64,000 nt of DNA. Source: Candidatus Bathyarchaeum tardum. Lineage in GTDB: Archaea; Thermoproteota; Bathyarchaeia; Bathyarchaeales; Bathyarchaeaceae. The notes under the pieces are model-generated. The model did no database searches. It saw only the letters and a program-made list of their open reading frames with translations, and was not told the origin of the DNA. Below are positions 26,130-36,440 of the stretch, one piece after another (position 1 is the first letter of the stretch; every line of letters starts with the position of its first letter). The stretch is taken from NCBI GenBank assembly GCA_024650005.2, contig CP122380.1, positions 928,001-992,000 on the forward strand, read 5' to 3'. The position numbers and the translations under genes were made by a program.

Positions 26130-27917
26130 TTATTTTTGCATGTCTTGACAATCCAGCCAACTGAATTTCTTGTGCAAAGACTTTGCATAGTACTGCTTCC
26201 AGTCATACTGCACCTTTTTACCCCATTCGTAATAGACTCGTGGATCGATATAGCTTTTCAGAGAAGTTGAAACATTGTAGTCTTTTGTTTCTTTCTGAAC
26301 GGTAATCTTAAGTTCCATCTTTTCTAATGCCCTAGCGTCTCGCTCTTTACGCTTCTCTAAACTTTCTTTTAGAGTTTCTATCCGATCTGCTTGTTTGGCT
26401 TTCATGTCTTTGATGCGCTGCTTCTGGCGCGTTACTAATTCCTGTTGGCGCTTTACTCGTTTATTTAGGGTTGTAACGTCTTTGTTTTGTTTTTTGTTTT
26501 TTTCCAATTGAAGTTTGTACTGCTCCAACTTTGCTTCAGCCGCCATCAAACGTTCTGTTTGTGTAACCATGCGCTCTTCATGCTTTGTTTCTGCGTCTTT
26601 GATCCGCTCTTTAATCTTATTCTGAGCAACTTTGGCCCGATTCTTCAAAACAACAATGCGGTCTTTCTTCTTTTGTAAGGATGACTTCCAACTGCTAGAA
26701 ATCGTCCGTTTGTGATTGCACACCTTTGCAGCTTCAAGATTTGCCATTGTTGCAACATATTTTTTGATGTATTCGGGCTGATCAGGTTCAACTGGAGTTT
26801 TATCTAACTTATTCTTCACTGCATCCGTAGCATACAAAGTACGGAAAACCTTCGCAGAAAGACCTGTCATTACTTCATCTAAGAATTCGCTTACTTGACT
26901 GGAACCTACCCCTTCAAATAGGGCTGCATCAGTGTTTGCTGAAAACTCTTCAAGATTCTTAATCACTAATTCAGGAAGCTTTGTAGTGAAAATGTGAGGA
27001 ACGCTGTCTTTTCCCAAAAAGTTGAAGGAAACTGTGCCATCGCCATTGATTTTGATGTGCTCTTTTCGAAGAGTAGACGCACCAACAGTATCTGCTTCGT
27101 CGGGGTCTTTTTCGTCCCCAACCCTAATTTTTAGTTTATCAATAAGAAAACAAACAGTTGCAGTTTTTCTCCTCTTCACATCTTCTGAAGCAAGATTACT
27201 TTCAATGTGTTTTTTGACTTTTGAAAGATTCTTTTTAAACGCAACAGCTTTGTCAAATTTTTCTATCTCTTTTTGCTGTTTAAAACTGCACGAATCAGAA
27301 AACCATACATACTTCATTTTGCCACTGAGTTTGTCTTGCCAACGGGCAATCCAGATGGCTTCAGGTTCCCACACAATTTCGTTCCAGTTGCCTTCGGGTC
27401 TTGGGGCATCTGGCGACAAATTCAATATAACGTCCTCTTTCACTGGTCCTTGTTTCCATTTTCCCCTCATTGGATGGTTTCCTCGACCCATGAAAATTGA
27501 ACTGGGCTCTGCAACATAATTGGCTAGCTCCATTTTTTCGCCGTCAACGTAGGCGAAACCATATTTTTCTTTGTTTTCTTCTCGGAGAATTTTTCGGTCA
27601 GCTGCCAAACGTTTCTTTTCTTCTTTTGGAAGATTTTTTTTGTATTCTCGTTCTTCTTGAACAAGGGCAACTATGGCCGAAAAATCTACATCTCCTGGTT
27701 TGACTTTGATTCCCAGTTTTTCTGAAAAATCTTCGTGAAAATTCTTCGCAAAGATCTTATCCTCAACGTAGGGGGTTCCAACTTTTTTTGCCCATGCTAC
27801 TGCTAACTCTTCTTGTTCTGTTGTTAGCTTGACTTCTTTATCGTATATTTTTACTGTTAGACCTTTTCCTTGGTAAGGTTCTGGAATTAGTACGCCATTG
27901 TGATGAAGTGTTTCCAT
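26130..27917 (-). CDS. DNA topoisomerase IB (eukaryote-like)
   Basis: LHHNGV, FMGRGNHPMRGKWK, RVGDEKD, FLGKDS, KVFRT, CNH, coiled-coil linker, TSLKSYIDPR. Confidence 0.95.
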   Translation of the reverse strand: METLHHNGVLIPEPYQGKGLTVKIYDKEVKLTTEQEELAVAWAKKVGTPYVEDKIFAKNFHEDFSEKLGIKVKPGDVDFSAIVALVQEEREYKKNLPKEEKKRLAADRKILREENKEKYGFAYVDGEKMELANYVAEPSSIFMGRGNHPMRGKWKQGPVKEDVILNLSPDAPRPEGNWNEIVWEPEAIWIARWQDKLSGKMKYVWFSDSCSFKQQKEIEKFDKAVAFKKNLSKVKKHIESNLASEDVKRRKTATVCFLIDKLKIRVGDEKDPDEADTVGASTLRKEHIKINGDGTVSFNFLGKDSVPHIFTTKLPELVIKNLEEFSANTDAALFEGVGSSQVSEFLDEVMTGLSAKVFRTLYATDAVKNKLDKTPVEPDQPEYIKKYVATMANLEAAKVCNHKRTISSSWKSSLQKKKDRIVVLKNRAKVAQNKIKERIKDAETKHEERMVTQTERLMAAEAKLEQYKLQLEKNKKQNKDVTTLNKRVKRQQELVTRQKQRIKDMKAKQADRIETLKESLEKRKERDARALEKMELKITVQKETKDYNVSTSLKSYIDPRVYYEWGKKVQYDWKQYYAKSLHKKFSWLDCQDMQK

Positions 27918-28058
27918 CTGATTTTTCCGCCTGAATTGTTTCTTATACGTTCAAAAAACAAACTTTAAGTTTTTCGTTTTTAACTTTAAGCCTGTTTACT
28001 TTATAGCATAAAGATTTAATGCTTTATTTAGTGATACTGACTACTTAAGTGAAGAAAC

Positions 28059-28532
28059 ATGGATGAAATGGCACTTCAGAAGATACGAACTGTAGCAGAT
28101 TTCCAGTTTGGAAAAGGCACGGGTTCCACACTTTTTCCAGATGATGTACAAATTGACTATTCTAAAAACACTGGAAAAATCCGTTACGTTTACCTAAATG
28201 AAGAATTACTTGCTACCCTCAGACCTACTGTAGGCATGTTCGTTTTAGCTGTTGCTGGAGCCAAACGCATTGTATCCCATGTTAGTCCTTTGCGGCTCTG
28301 GGTTAAACTTGAAGATTTTGCTGAACCTTTTGTTGCTGACGGAAGAAGCGCCTTTGCAAAACACGTAATTGATGCTGACCCGGAAATCCGACCTAATGAG
28401 GAAGTTATTGTTATCAGCCAAAAAGGTGAAGTTTTGGCTGTTGGTCGGGCTGTTCTTTCTGGAACTGAAATGCTGGCTTTCAACAAAGGAATCGCTGTTA
28501 AAGTTAGGCATGGAACAGCGGAAAAAAGTTAA
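28059..28532 (+). CDS. PUA-domain protein (archaeosine TGT C-terminal-like)
   Basis: ADFQFG, SKNTGKIR, GRSAFAKHV, AVKVRHG. Confidence 0.85.
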   Translation: MDEMALQKIRTVADFQFGKGTGSTLFPDDVQIDYSKNTGKIRYVYLNEELLATLRPTVGMFVLAVAGAKRIVSHVSPLRLWVKLEDFAEPFVADGRSAFAKHVIDADPEIRPNEEVIVISQKGEVLAVGRAVLSGTEMLAFNKGIAVKVRHGTAEKS

Positions 28533-28575
28533 GAAGGCACACTACGAGTATAAGATAGAAAAAGAGGGAACTAAA

Positions 28576-28932
28576 ATGCGCCGAAAAATGAACCCCCGAA
28601 ATGCAAAACGTATGATGCAAAAAATGGGTATGAATATGGGAGAAATGCCCGAAGTAGAAGAAGTAATTTTCAAAACCAGCACCAAAGAAATCGTCGTTGA
28701 AAACGCCCAAGTTGCTGTAATTGACATGGGTGGACAAAAAATCTTTCAAGTCACTGGGCAAGTTACCGAACGTGCCCTAGAAGGCGAAGCAGAAACAGTA
28801 GAAATTCCTGAAGAAGACGCTCAACTTGTCGCAGACCAAACCGGAAAAACTGTAGAAGACGCCAAACGAGCCCTTGAGCAAAGCGATGGAGACCTTGCTA
28901 AAGCCATACTGCTTTTACAAACGGGTGGATAA
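28576..28932 (+). CDS. nac: Nascent polypeptide-associated complex protein
   Basis: MNPRNAKRMMQKMGM NAC domain and UBA-like ALEQSDGDLAKAIL; start reassigned to ATG 28576. Confidence 0.92.
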   Translation: MRRKMNPRNAKRMMQKMGMNMGEMPEVEEVIFKTSTKEIVVENAQVAVIDMGGQKIFQVTGQVTERALEGEAETVEIPEEDAQLVADQTGKTVEDAKRALEQSDGDLAKAILLLQTGG

Positions 28933-29084
28933 CTCAGAAATTACATGATATTCCTTTTTCATTTTTCTAGATTCATTGTTTTTTCTTCAGTTGATAAAAT
29001 CAGCGCAATAGTTCACTTTTTGATATATGTAACAACAGGTAATAATGAATTTAATATGACTTAAGATACCCTCTTAATTGGATA

Positions 29085-29282
29085 GTGTGTGCTTTGCAGT
29101 TTAAACGCTCAAAAAAACAAGGTCAAAAAACAAAAAATCAGTTAAAACCACGAAATATTTCATCTGACTGTTCTCATTCTTACGGATATTTAGCGAACCG
29201 CCCTAAGAACACTAAAATCCCACAAGAATGTTTATTGTGTGTGAAAGTAACCGACTGCATATCCATTAATCTCAAAAACTAA
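29085..29282 (+). CDS. Small Cys/His-motif (putative zinc-binding) protein
   Basis: CSHSYGYL...IPQECLLCVKVTDC. Confidence 0.6.
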   Translation: MCALQFKRSKKQGQKTKNQLKPRNISSDCSHSYGYLANRPKNTKIPQECLLCVKVTDCISINLKN

Positions 29283-29385
29283 CTGCAAAATCTTTTGAAT
29301 TCAATTTGCTCCGAATATCTTCATTCTTTTATGAAATTCTGCTCATAAACTATTCATGTTGCCCTGCTTCTTGTGTTAACAGGAT

Positions 29386-29868
29386 GTGACTTTGGTGTCT
29401 TTGAGTAATATCTGTTTAAAACCAGTGGGTTTTGTCCAAACAAATGCTACTGGCAAAGAAGTTAACGACAAACCTGTAATTTCAAAGATAGTATTTAATG
29501 AAGAATACGCCGAAGCTTTGGAGGGAATCGAAGATTTTTCTCATTTGAATGTGTTATTTTGGCTCCATGAAATATCTGAACAAGACCGAAAACAGCTCAA
29601 AGCCAGACCCTGTGGAAGAGACGATATGCCATTACTTGGACTATTTGCAACCTGCACACCTAGGCGACCTAACCCGATTGGTTTAACCCGAGTCAAACTG
29701 CTAGACGTAACTGGCAACGTAGTTACAGTTCAAGGATTAGATGCCTTCAACGGCACCCCCGTGCTAGACATAAAACCTTTTGATCACTGGAACAAAACAG
29801 CAGACTATAAAATTCCTGACTGGTGGAAAAAAATAATAAAAGAAAGAAAAAAGAAGAAAAACGTCTAA
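29386..29868 (+). CDS. tsaA: tRNA m6t6A37 methyltransferase TrmO/TsaA family
   Basis: LEGIEDFSH, GLFATCTPRRPNPIGL, GLDAFNGTPVLDIKP. Confidence 0.9.
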   Translation: MTLVSLSNICLKPVGFVQTNATGKEVNDKPVISKIVFNEEYAEALEGIEDFSHLNVLFWLHEISEQDRKQLKARPCGRDDMPLLGLFATCTPRRPNPIGLTRVKLLDVTGNVVTVQGLDAFNGTPVLDIKPFDHWNKTADYKIPDWWKKIIKERKKKKNV

Positions 29869-31067
29869 GATGACGCTTTTACCTTTTTAGCAAACTCTTG
29901 ACCAAACTCATAACATTTCTGCAATTCTTCTTTGTTTGGAACCCACTTTGTCGTTAACGCAGGTGCAACTAAATCCATGCCTGAAAGTTTCAATGATTTT
30001 TCTATCGTAGCAGTTGCTCCTCCGCCCCAACCATATGAGCCAAACACGGCAGCAATCTTGTTTTTTGGTCTGAGTCCTTCCATTTCTCTTAGGAATGGGG
30101 ATACTGTCGGCAAAACACCATTGTTGATTGTTGATGAGCCAACAAGAATTGCTTTGGTTTCCAGAAATTCTCCAATAATATCACCATTGTCCGAACAAGG
30201 AAACCGATACAGTGTAGCTTCTAGTCCCTCACTAACTATTCCATCTAAAATTGCTTTGGCCATTTTTTCAGTGCTTTTCCACATTGTATCATAAACAATT
30301 ATTACTTTTTTGTCTGCTTCGCCTTTTGCCCATTTCAGGTATGCTGTAATAATTTTCATTGGGTCTTTTCGCCAGATCATTCCATGGCTTGGAGCAATCA
30401 TTTCAATTTTCAAGCCAAGCTTTTGTACCTCTTCAATCTTTTTTAACACTAATGCACTGTAAAGCCACAAAATGTTTGCATAATATTTTCCAGCTTCCCA
30501 CATGAGTATGTCTTGATCTACTTCATCATCGAATCGCTTTGAAGACGCTAAATGTTGACCAAACCCGTCGTTAGACAACAACAAAGCATCTTTTTCTATA
30601 TACGTGAACATTGAATCTGGCCAATGAAGCATCCGAGCTTCAAGAAACGTTAAAGTTCTTTCACCCAAATTCAATGTGTCACCTGTTTTCACTGTTTGGA
30701 ATTTCCAGTTCCCAAAATAGTGCTTTTCAAGTCCTGCTTTACAGCTTTCAGTGCCTACAATTGTTGCATTAGGTGCCAGTTTGAGGATATCTTTGATTGC
30801 CCCTGAATGGTCTGATTCAACATGGTTTGCAATAATGTAATCGATTTTTGATGGGTCAATTATTTCTTTGATTTTTTCAATCATTTCTCTTGAAAATGGA
30901 TGGGATACTGTATCCACTAGGGCTATTTTTTTGTCGATAATTAGGTATGCGTTGTATGTTGTTCCACGATGGGTGGAGTATGAAAATCCGTGAAAGTGTC
31001 TGACGTTCCAATCCACGGCTCCGACCCAAAAAATGTTTTCTAAAACTTTTGTTGGAGGCAAAATCAT
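29865..31067 (-). CDS. fprA: Flavodiiron protein (FprA family)
   Basis: GTTYNAYL, NHVESDHSG, LHWPDSM, DGFGQH, PSHG, flavodoxin domain FGSYGWGG. Confidence 0.93.
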   Translation of the reverse strand: MILPPTKVLENIFWVGAVDWNVRHFHGFSYSTHRGTTYNAYLIIDKKIALVDTVSHPFSREMIEKIKEIIDPSKIDYIIANHVESDHSGAIKDILKLAPNATIVGTESCKAGLEKHYFGNWKFQTVKTGDTLNLGERTLTFLEARMLHWPDSMFTYIEKDALLLSNDGFGQHLASSKRFDDEVDQDILMWEAGKYYANILWLYSALVLKKIEEVQKLGLKIEMIAPSHGMIWRKDPMKIITAYLKWAKGEADKKVIIVYDTMWKSTEKMAKAILDGIVSEGLEATLYRFPCSDNGDIIGEFLETKAILVGSSTINNGVLPTVSPFLREMEGLRPKNKIAAVFGSYGWGGGATATIEKSLKLSGMDLVAPALTTKWVPNKEELQKCYEFGQEFAKKVKASS

Positions 31068-31253
31068 TCACCTATAACATAGTTATATTTCAAGTCCTAT
31101 TAACCTTACCGAAATCGAAAAAAATATTTTTTTGGTAAATCTACAATAATCTATCTTTTTTTACGTTTTTTATTTTGAATTATTTAATTTGTGATTAATT
31201 GTGGCATAATTCTGAAAAAGCCTTTTAACTAATTTTTTTGAAAACCTCAAAAC

Positions 31254-33425
31254 ATGAGTTTTCTACACGAAAACTCATGGCTATACAAAAAATTGGGGAA
31301 AAACCAAATGGACAAAAGACTGCAAACAATGAAAAACATGTTAAAAGTAACTTCAAAACTTTTGTTAATCACTGCTTTATGTTCTGTTTCGGTAATTGCT
31401 GTTCTTTTTCCTTCTTTGTCTGTTTATGCGTCAACTTCAAACATTTCTGGTTTTCTTGAAAATGAAAACGGAGAGCCCTTAGGATTAGTTAAAGTTCAAT
31501 TACTTTCTGGCTCATCAATCATTGCGACAAGTACAAGCTCATCAAATGGGCGTTTCGAACTAACTAACATCAATTTTGGAACATATACCCTGAAATTTAT
31601 TAAATATGGGTATGCAGAAACTGAACAAACCATTAGTTTACAAAATTCAGAAACTAATGTGGGCACTGTTGTTTTGAATAATGCCATAGAACTGTCCAGC
31701 TCAACATTAAGCGTAATAACTAATCCCGATGCTCAAATCTCAATTTCATTTACAATCAAAAATTTTGGTTCTTCAACCCAAACCGTGGACCTTTTAACCA
31801 CAAATCCCGATGATTGGTATTCCAAGATCAGCACCAACAGTTATGAAATCAAAAAAGTGTCTTTAACTGTTGGACAGAGCATGTCCCTTCAGTTGGACTT
31901 TATTGTTCCATCAACTGCTTCTATTGATAATGAATACAATGTTTCAGTAATCGCAGTTGGACCTGTTAACTCATCTTTTACTTTTGTGGTTCAGATCAGA
32001 AATCCTTCATCGGCCTTGCCCACGTTGAATTTGCATTCTCCAATTCTTAGCATGGTGGTAAACTCTGGTGAAAAACTTATGTTGCCATTTACAGTCAAAA
32101 ATGTTGGAGACACAACAGAGTCAATCGTTTTTTCAATAACTGCCCCTGTCGGTTGGTCTAGTGGAATCTTAAACGACAACGGTCGCGAGATAACCGAAGC
32201 TTCTTTGTCCTCTGGTGCAAGTGTAAATTTAAATTTAGAACTCATCATTCCCTTGGATTATACTGGTGACGCCGACCTAACCCTTGTTGCTAAAGGGAAC
32301 ACTGTTGCCACATTGGAATTTACCTTTGATGTTGAAACCGTAACTGAGTCCATAATGGGTTGTCGGTTTCCAGGAAAAATAGCAGTCCCAGGAGACATTG
32401 TTGCTTTTGACATACAATTAACTAATCCTTTCAATGTTGAAACAAGGTTTTCAGTATCTGTAGGTTCGTTGCCTGCTAATTGGACAGCTTCTGTTGTAAC
32501 TCAAAGCGGTGAATCAATAAATGAAATAATTCTTGGTGCAGGTGAATCAATTTCGCTTGGGGTTCAAGTCCAAACCCTGAGTTCTGCAATTTCAGATAAA
32601 ACATATGAAGTCGTGATTGTTGCCGAGTCTGGTAATCAACAGATAAGCTCTCTTCCGTTAACAGTGACTTTAGAAGGCGACGCAAGTGCAGTTGCAATTT
32701 CTACAAAATTCCCTGATATAACCGTCGAAGCAGGAGCAATCGTGGAATATTCTATCACAGTAACAAACTTGGGCGATGCTAATCGACTACTACTCTTCTC
32801 AATTAATGCGCCCTCCAACTGGAAAGCTGTTGTCAAATCTGGAAATGTGGAAATTTCCCGTCTTTCTATAGACGCTGGAAGCTCTGAATCCTTCACTATT
32901 CAAGTTACGCCCCCTAGCACCGTGAGCCTTGGCTCTTACGACATTGATGTGCAATTTACGTCAGAAAGTGGAGCCTTGCTGGGTGAAAAACAACTAACTG
33001 CTACAGTAGTAGGCGCTTACTCTTTAAATCTGTCATTATCTACACTTCTAAAAAGCACAACCAGTGGAGATTCTGTTTTCTTTACTGCTACTGTCACAAA
33101 CACAGGTTATTCGTATGTTACGGGAGTTAGTCTTGATTTTGACGCTGAAGACGATTGGGCTGTCACAATCAGTCCAACCCAAGTGGATATGCTCATGCCG
33201 CAAGAATCTTGCACCTTTGAAGTGGTTGTAGATACTCCATCAGGAACAGTTTCAGGAGATTACATGGTCACTGTTGGCGCGGTAAGTGACCAAAATAATT
33301 CTGACCAAACACAAGTTCGCGTTACAGTTAATACTTCCAGTTCGTGGGCAATCTATGGAATTGGAATAGCTGCTGTCCTAGTTTTAGCACTTGTTTTAGT
33401 CTTTAAAAAATTTAAAAGAAGGTAA
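31254..33425 (+). CDS. Surface protein with carboxypeptidase-regulatory-like and NEW3/Ig-like repeats
   Basis: Signal helix, repeated TVxNxG...P.GW modules, C-terminal TM + KKFKRR; real start probably downstream of 31254. Confidence 0.8.
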   Translation: MSFLHENSWLYKKLGKNQMDKRLQTMKNMLKVTSKLLLITALCSVSVIAVLFPSLSVYASTSNISGFLENENGEPLGLVKVQLLSGSSIIATSTSSSNGRFELTNINFGTYTLKFIKYGYAETEQTISLQNSETNVGTVVLNNAIELSSSTLSVITNPDAQISISFTIKNFGSSTQTVDLLTTNPDDWYSKISTNSYEIKKVSLTVGQSMSLQLDFIVPSTASIDNEYNVSVIAVGPVNSSFTFVVQIRNPSSALPTLNLHSPILSMVVNSGEKLMLPFTVKNVGDTTESIVFSITAPVGWSSGILNDNGREITEASLSSGASVNLNLELIIPLDYTGDADLTLVAKGNTVATLEFTFDVETVTESIMGCRFPGKIAVPGDIVAFDIQLTNPFNVETRFSVSVGSLPANWTASVVTQSGESINEIILGAGESISLGVQVQTLSSAISDKTYEVVIVAESGNQQISSLPLTVTLEGDASAVAISTKFPDITVEAGAIVEYSITVTNLGDANRLLLFSINAPSNWKAVVKSGNVEISRLSIDAGSSESFTIQVTPPSTVSLGSYDIDVQFTSESGALLGEKQLTATVVGAYSLNLSLSTLLKSTTSGDSVFFTATVTNTGYSYVTGVSLDFDAEDDWAVTISPTQVDMLMPQESCTFEVVVDTPSGTVSGDYMVTVGAVSDQNNSDQTQVRVTVNTSSSWAIYGIGIAAVLVLALVLVFKKFKRR

Positions 33426-33430
33426 AAAAA

Positions 33431-34369
33431 ATGAGTGAACCCATTATACAAACCCATCAATTAACAAAACAATATGGCGAGTTTACGGCTGTTAACCAAC
33501 TGGAGATTTCTATCAATGAAGGAGAAATTGTAGGTTTTCTTGGTCCAAATGGAGCCGGAAAAACTACAACCCTTCTTATGCTGATGGGTCTTTCGGTGCC
33601 TACTTCGGGTACTGCTAAAGTAGGGGGTTATAATATTGTTGAACAATCAAAACAAGTAAGACAGATTGCAGGAATGATGCCCGAAGGATCAGGTTATTAT
33701 GAAGACCTGACAGCAAGACAGAATCTTCGGTATATTGGTCAACTTAATGAAATCCCTAAAGAGAAACTAGAAAAACGAATTGATGAACTGCTAGAAGATG
33801 TAAACTTAACCAATTGGGCAGACACAAAAGTTGAAAAGTATTCTAGAGGAATGAAACAGAGACTAGGAATTTCAGAGGTTCTAATCAAAAATCCTAAAGT
33901 TGCGTTCTTTGATGAACCAACTATTGGTTTAGACCCCAAAGCAACCAAAGAATTACGGGATATTCTTTTGCGGTTAAACAAGGAACAAGGTCTTACTATT
34001 TTCTTGTCATCTCACTTATTATATGAAGTTCAACAAATCTGCCAACGAGTACTTATTATTCGTAAAGGAAAACTTGTGGCTTCTGATACAATAAGCAACT
34101 TATCTAATTCTTTTGCGGGAAAGAAGTCAGGCAGTCTCGAGTTTGAGTTAACAAAAATAGACTCAGACCTGATTAGAAAACTTGAAAATGTTGAAGGGGT
34201 ATCTTCCGTTGAACAACAGAAGCATAAACTGTTTGTTAATATGGAAAACGGCAAGTCTCGCGAAATTTCAGAAACTATCACGAAACATGGTTCAACAATT
34301 TTGATAATGCGACCAAAAGTGTTCAGTTTAGAGGAAATATTTCTGGATTTTTACAAGGAGGATAACTAA
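33431..34369 (+). CDS. ABC transporter ATP-binding protein
   Basis: GPNGAGKTT, YSRGMKQR, FFDEPT, LSSH. Confidence 0.95.
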   Translation: MSEPIIQTHQLTKQYGEFTAVNQLEISINEGEIVGFLGPNGAGKTTTLLMLMGLSVPTSGTAKVGGYNIVEQSKQVRQIAGMMPEGSGYYEDLTARQNLRYIGQLNEIPKEKLEKRIDELLEDVNLTNWADTKVEKYSRGMKQRLGISEVLIKNPKVAFFDEPTIGLDPKATKELRDILLRLNKEQGLTIFLSSHLLYEVQQICQRVLIIRKGKLVASDTISNLSNSFAGKKSGSLEFELTKIDSDLIRKLENVEGVSSVEQQKHKLFVNMENGKSREISETITKHGSTILIMRPKVFSLEEIFLDFYKEDN

Positions 34370-34371
34370 AA

Positions 34372-35385
34372 ATGAAGAGTATACTTACTATATGTCGAAA
34401 AGAGCTTTCAGACCATCTTGGAAGTAGACGTTACCTTCTGTTGTTCGCTTTAATTGTGGTTTTATCCCTTTTATCTGCGTACACTGGTGCTGACTACATT
34501 AGAGATAACCCAAATGTTAGTTTTACAAACATATTTTCTGGCTCAATGGATAGCAGTTTTTCTTTCATATACTTGATGGTGCTGTTTGGTCCAATAATTG
34601 GATTAGCCCTAGGGTTCGATGCTATAAATCGAGAGAGAACAAGAGGAAGCCTTTCAGTTATTCTTTCTCAACCAATATTCAGAGATAACATAATAACTGG
34701 CAAATTTCTTGCAGGTGTTGCAGCTCTTGCATTGTTAACAATAAGCACTGTTGGAATAATAACTGGTGTAGCAATTCCTCTGTTGGGATTTGGTCCCGGA
34801 CTTGACGAAGTTTTGCGAATAGGAATGTTCGCGTTGCTTTCAATACTTTATTTATCTATTTGGCTTGCAGTTGGTCTTCTGTTTTCCACGCTTACTAAGA
34901 ACACAACAACATCTATTCTCGCATCAATTTCTACTTGGTTGCTATTTTCAATTCTTATGACTGTTATTGCTTCAATGGTAGCCAACGCAGTTGTCCCTGT
35001 TGAATTGCCTGAAGGTTTCCAAGCAATGACCCGAACCGTAGATACGCCACGGAACTGGACTGCTGGAGGCATGGGCGGTTTTACTTCAACGATTGATATA
35101 ACACAAATGCAAGACTACATGAATGCTCAAGAAGACAATGCTAATCTTCAATCGGCTATAGAATCAATTTCGCCAACATACCTATACGAAGAAGCCGCTC
35201 AATCTTTACTGGGAGTAACACAAGGTGGATTTGGTCAAAGCGGAAACCCGTTCCAAGCTTTAGACACAACTCAAAGCGCAGTATCGAGCTGGCCACAGGT
35301 AACAGTACTATCAGTACTTCTAATCGGATGCTTTGCAGCGTCATATATGCTGTTCTTACGACAAGAAATCAGAGCAGGAGGTTAA
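34372..35385 (+). CDS. ABC-2 type transporter permease
   Basis: GFDAINRERTRGSL...QPIFR...GKFLA; multiple TM helices. Confidence 0.9.
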   Translation: MKSILTICRKELSDHLGSRRYLLLFALIVVLSLLSAYTGADYIRDNPNVSFTNIFSGSMDSSFSFIYLMVLFGPIIGLALGFDAINRERTRGSLSVILSQPIFRDNIITGKFLAGVAALALLTISTVGIITGVAIPLLGFGPGLDEVLRIGMFALLSILYLSIWLAVGLLFSTLTKNTTTSILASISTWLLFSILMTVIASMVANAVVPVELPEGFQAMTRTVDTPRNWTAGGMGGFTSTIDITQMQDYMNAQEDNANLQSAIESISPTYLYEEAAQSLLGVTQGGFGQSGNPFQALDTTQSAVSSWPQVTVLSVLLIGCFAASYMLFLRQEIRAGG

Positions 35386-35386
35386 A

Positions 35387-35842
35387 ATCACGGACAAACG
35401 TAAATCCGTGGTTATACTAGCCAGCATATCTTTGGTCACCATTTTAGGTGTTGCCCTTTTGGGCACCCAAAATGAAAAACTTTCTACTGAAACAGAAACT
35501 AATGTTATCGAAACCGAAGTCCCTAACAATTTTCGAAACGGAAACCCTCCAGGAAACTTCACGTTCCCTGAAGGAGATTTCAATTTTACTCGTCCAGATG
35601 GCGACTTTAATTTTACTTTTCCTGAAAACGGATTCAACGGCACAATTCCTGAAGGCAGATCAAATTTAATGCCTCCCGACGATGGGTTTCAAAACTCAAC
35701 TTTTCCCTTTATGGAAAATTTAACCGATAAACAAGTTGCAACACTAACTGAAAAGATGCAAGAGTTACTAGAATCTGGAGCAACACAAGACGAAATTATG
35801 GCTGCTGTGCAAGACTTAATGGAAGAATGGGGTATTCAATGA
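35387..35842 (+). CDS. Membrane-anchored hypothetical protein with short NFT-containing repeats
   Basis: TM helix then GNFTFPEG/DFNFTRPDG/DFNFTFPENG repeats; probable start near 35387 after GGAGG. Confidence 0.65.
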   Translation: MTDKRKSVVILASISLVTILGVALLGTQNEKLSTETETNVIETEVPNNFRNGNPPGNFTFPEGDFNFTRPDGDFNFTFPENGFNGTIPEGRSNLMPPDDGFQNSTFPFMENLTDKQVATLTEKMQELLESGATQDEIMAAVQDLMEEWGIQ

Positions 35843-36139
35843 GCATTAGGTTAAAAATTGGTTTCTTTAGTATTAAAATCTGCAACAGTGTTTTACATCT
35901 GCTGCTTTGATTTAACAACACCTTTTTGGGCTTAATTATTTTTTTGGCTTACGAAAAGGGTTAATTAGTGGCGTATTGTTAGTAGGTCGAGTTGCACGCT
36001 CATTGGGTTTTTTGATAGTTTTCTTCCACATGAGGGGCATCTGCAGTCGTTTCTTGCTCGGATATAGTATGGTGAGATTACTTCGCGCCCAGTGAACAGT
36101 TTTTTGCCGCATCCTTGGCATGATATTGAGACTGCCATG

Positions 36140-36370
36140 TTAGGCCACCAGCACGAAGTTTGTTTCTAGAAGGTTTTGGATTTCTTCATATCTTTCTTGT
36201 TGGGCTAAGATCTGGATGTAGTTTAACCGTTTCATTACGGTTTCTTTATAGTGAATTTTATTCATGATTTTCAGCTCCTGATGATACCGTTTTTCGCTGA
36301 TTTGGATATTAAAATTGGCGACGTAACGACTAACAGCCTTGGGGAGAGAGTGGAGTGAAACTAAACTCAA
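36140..36370 (-). CDS. Hypothetical protein
   Basis: 76-aa ORF, plausible composition only. Confidence 0.4.
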   Translation of the reverse strand: MSLVSLHSLPKAVSRYVANFNIQISEKRYHQELKIMNKIHYKETVMKRLNYIQILAQQERYEEIQNLLETNFVLVA

Positions 36371-36440
36371 ATTTGTCTCTTTTCTGGGTAATTTTTTCTT
36401 TAAATCCTTGATTTCAAAAAAATTTTTGATTAAACGGTGT

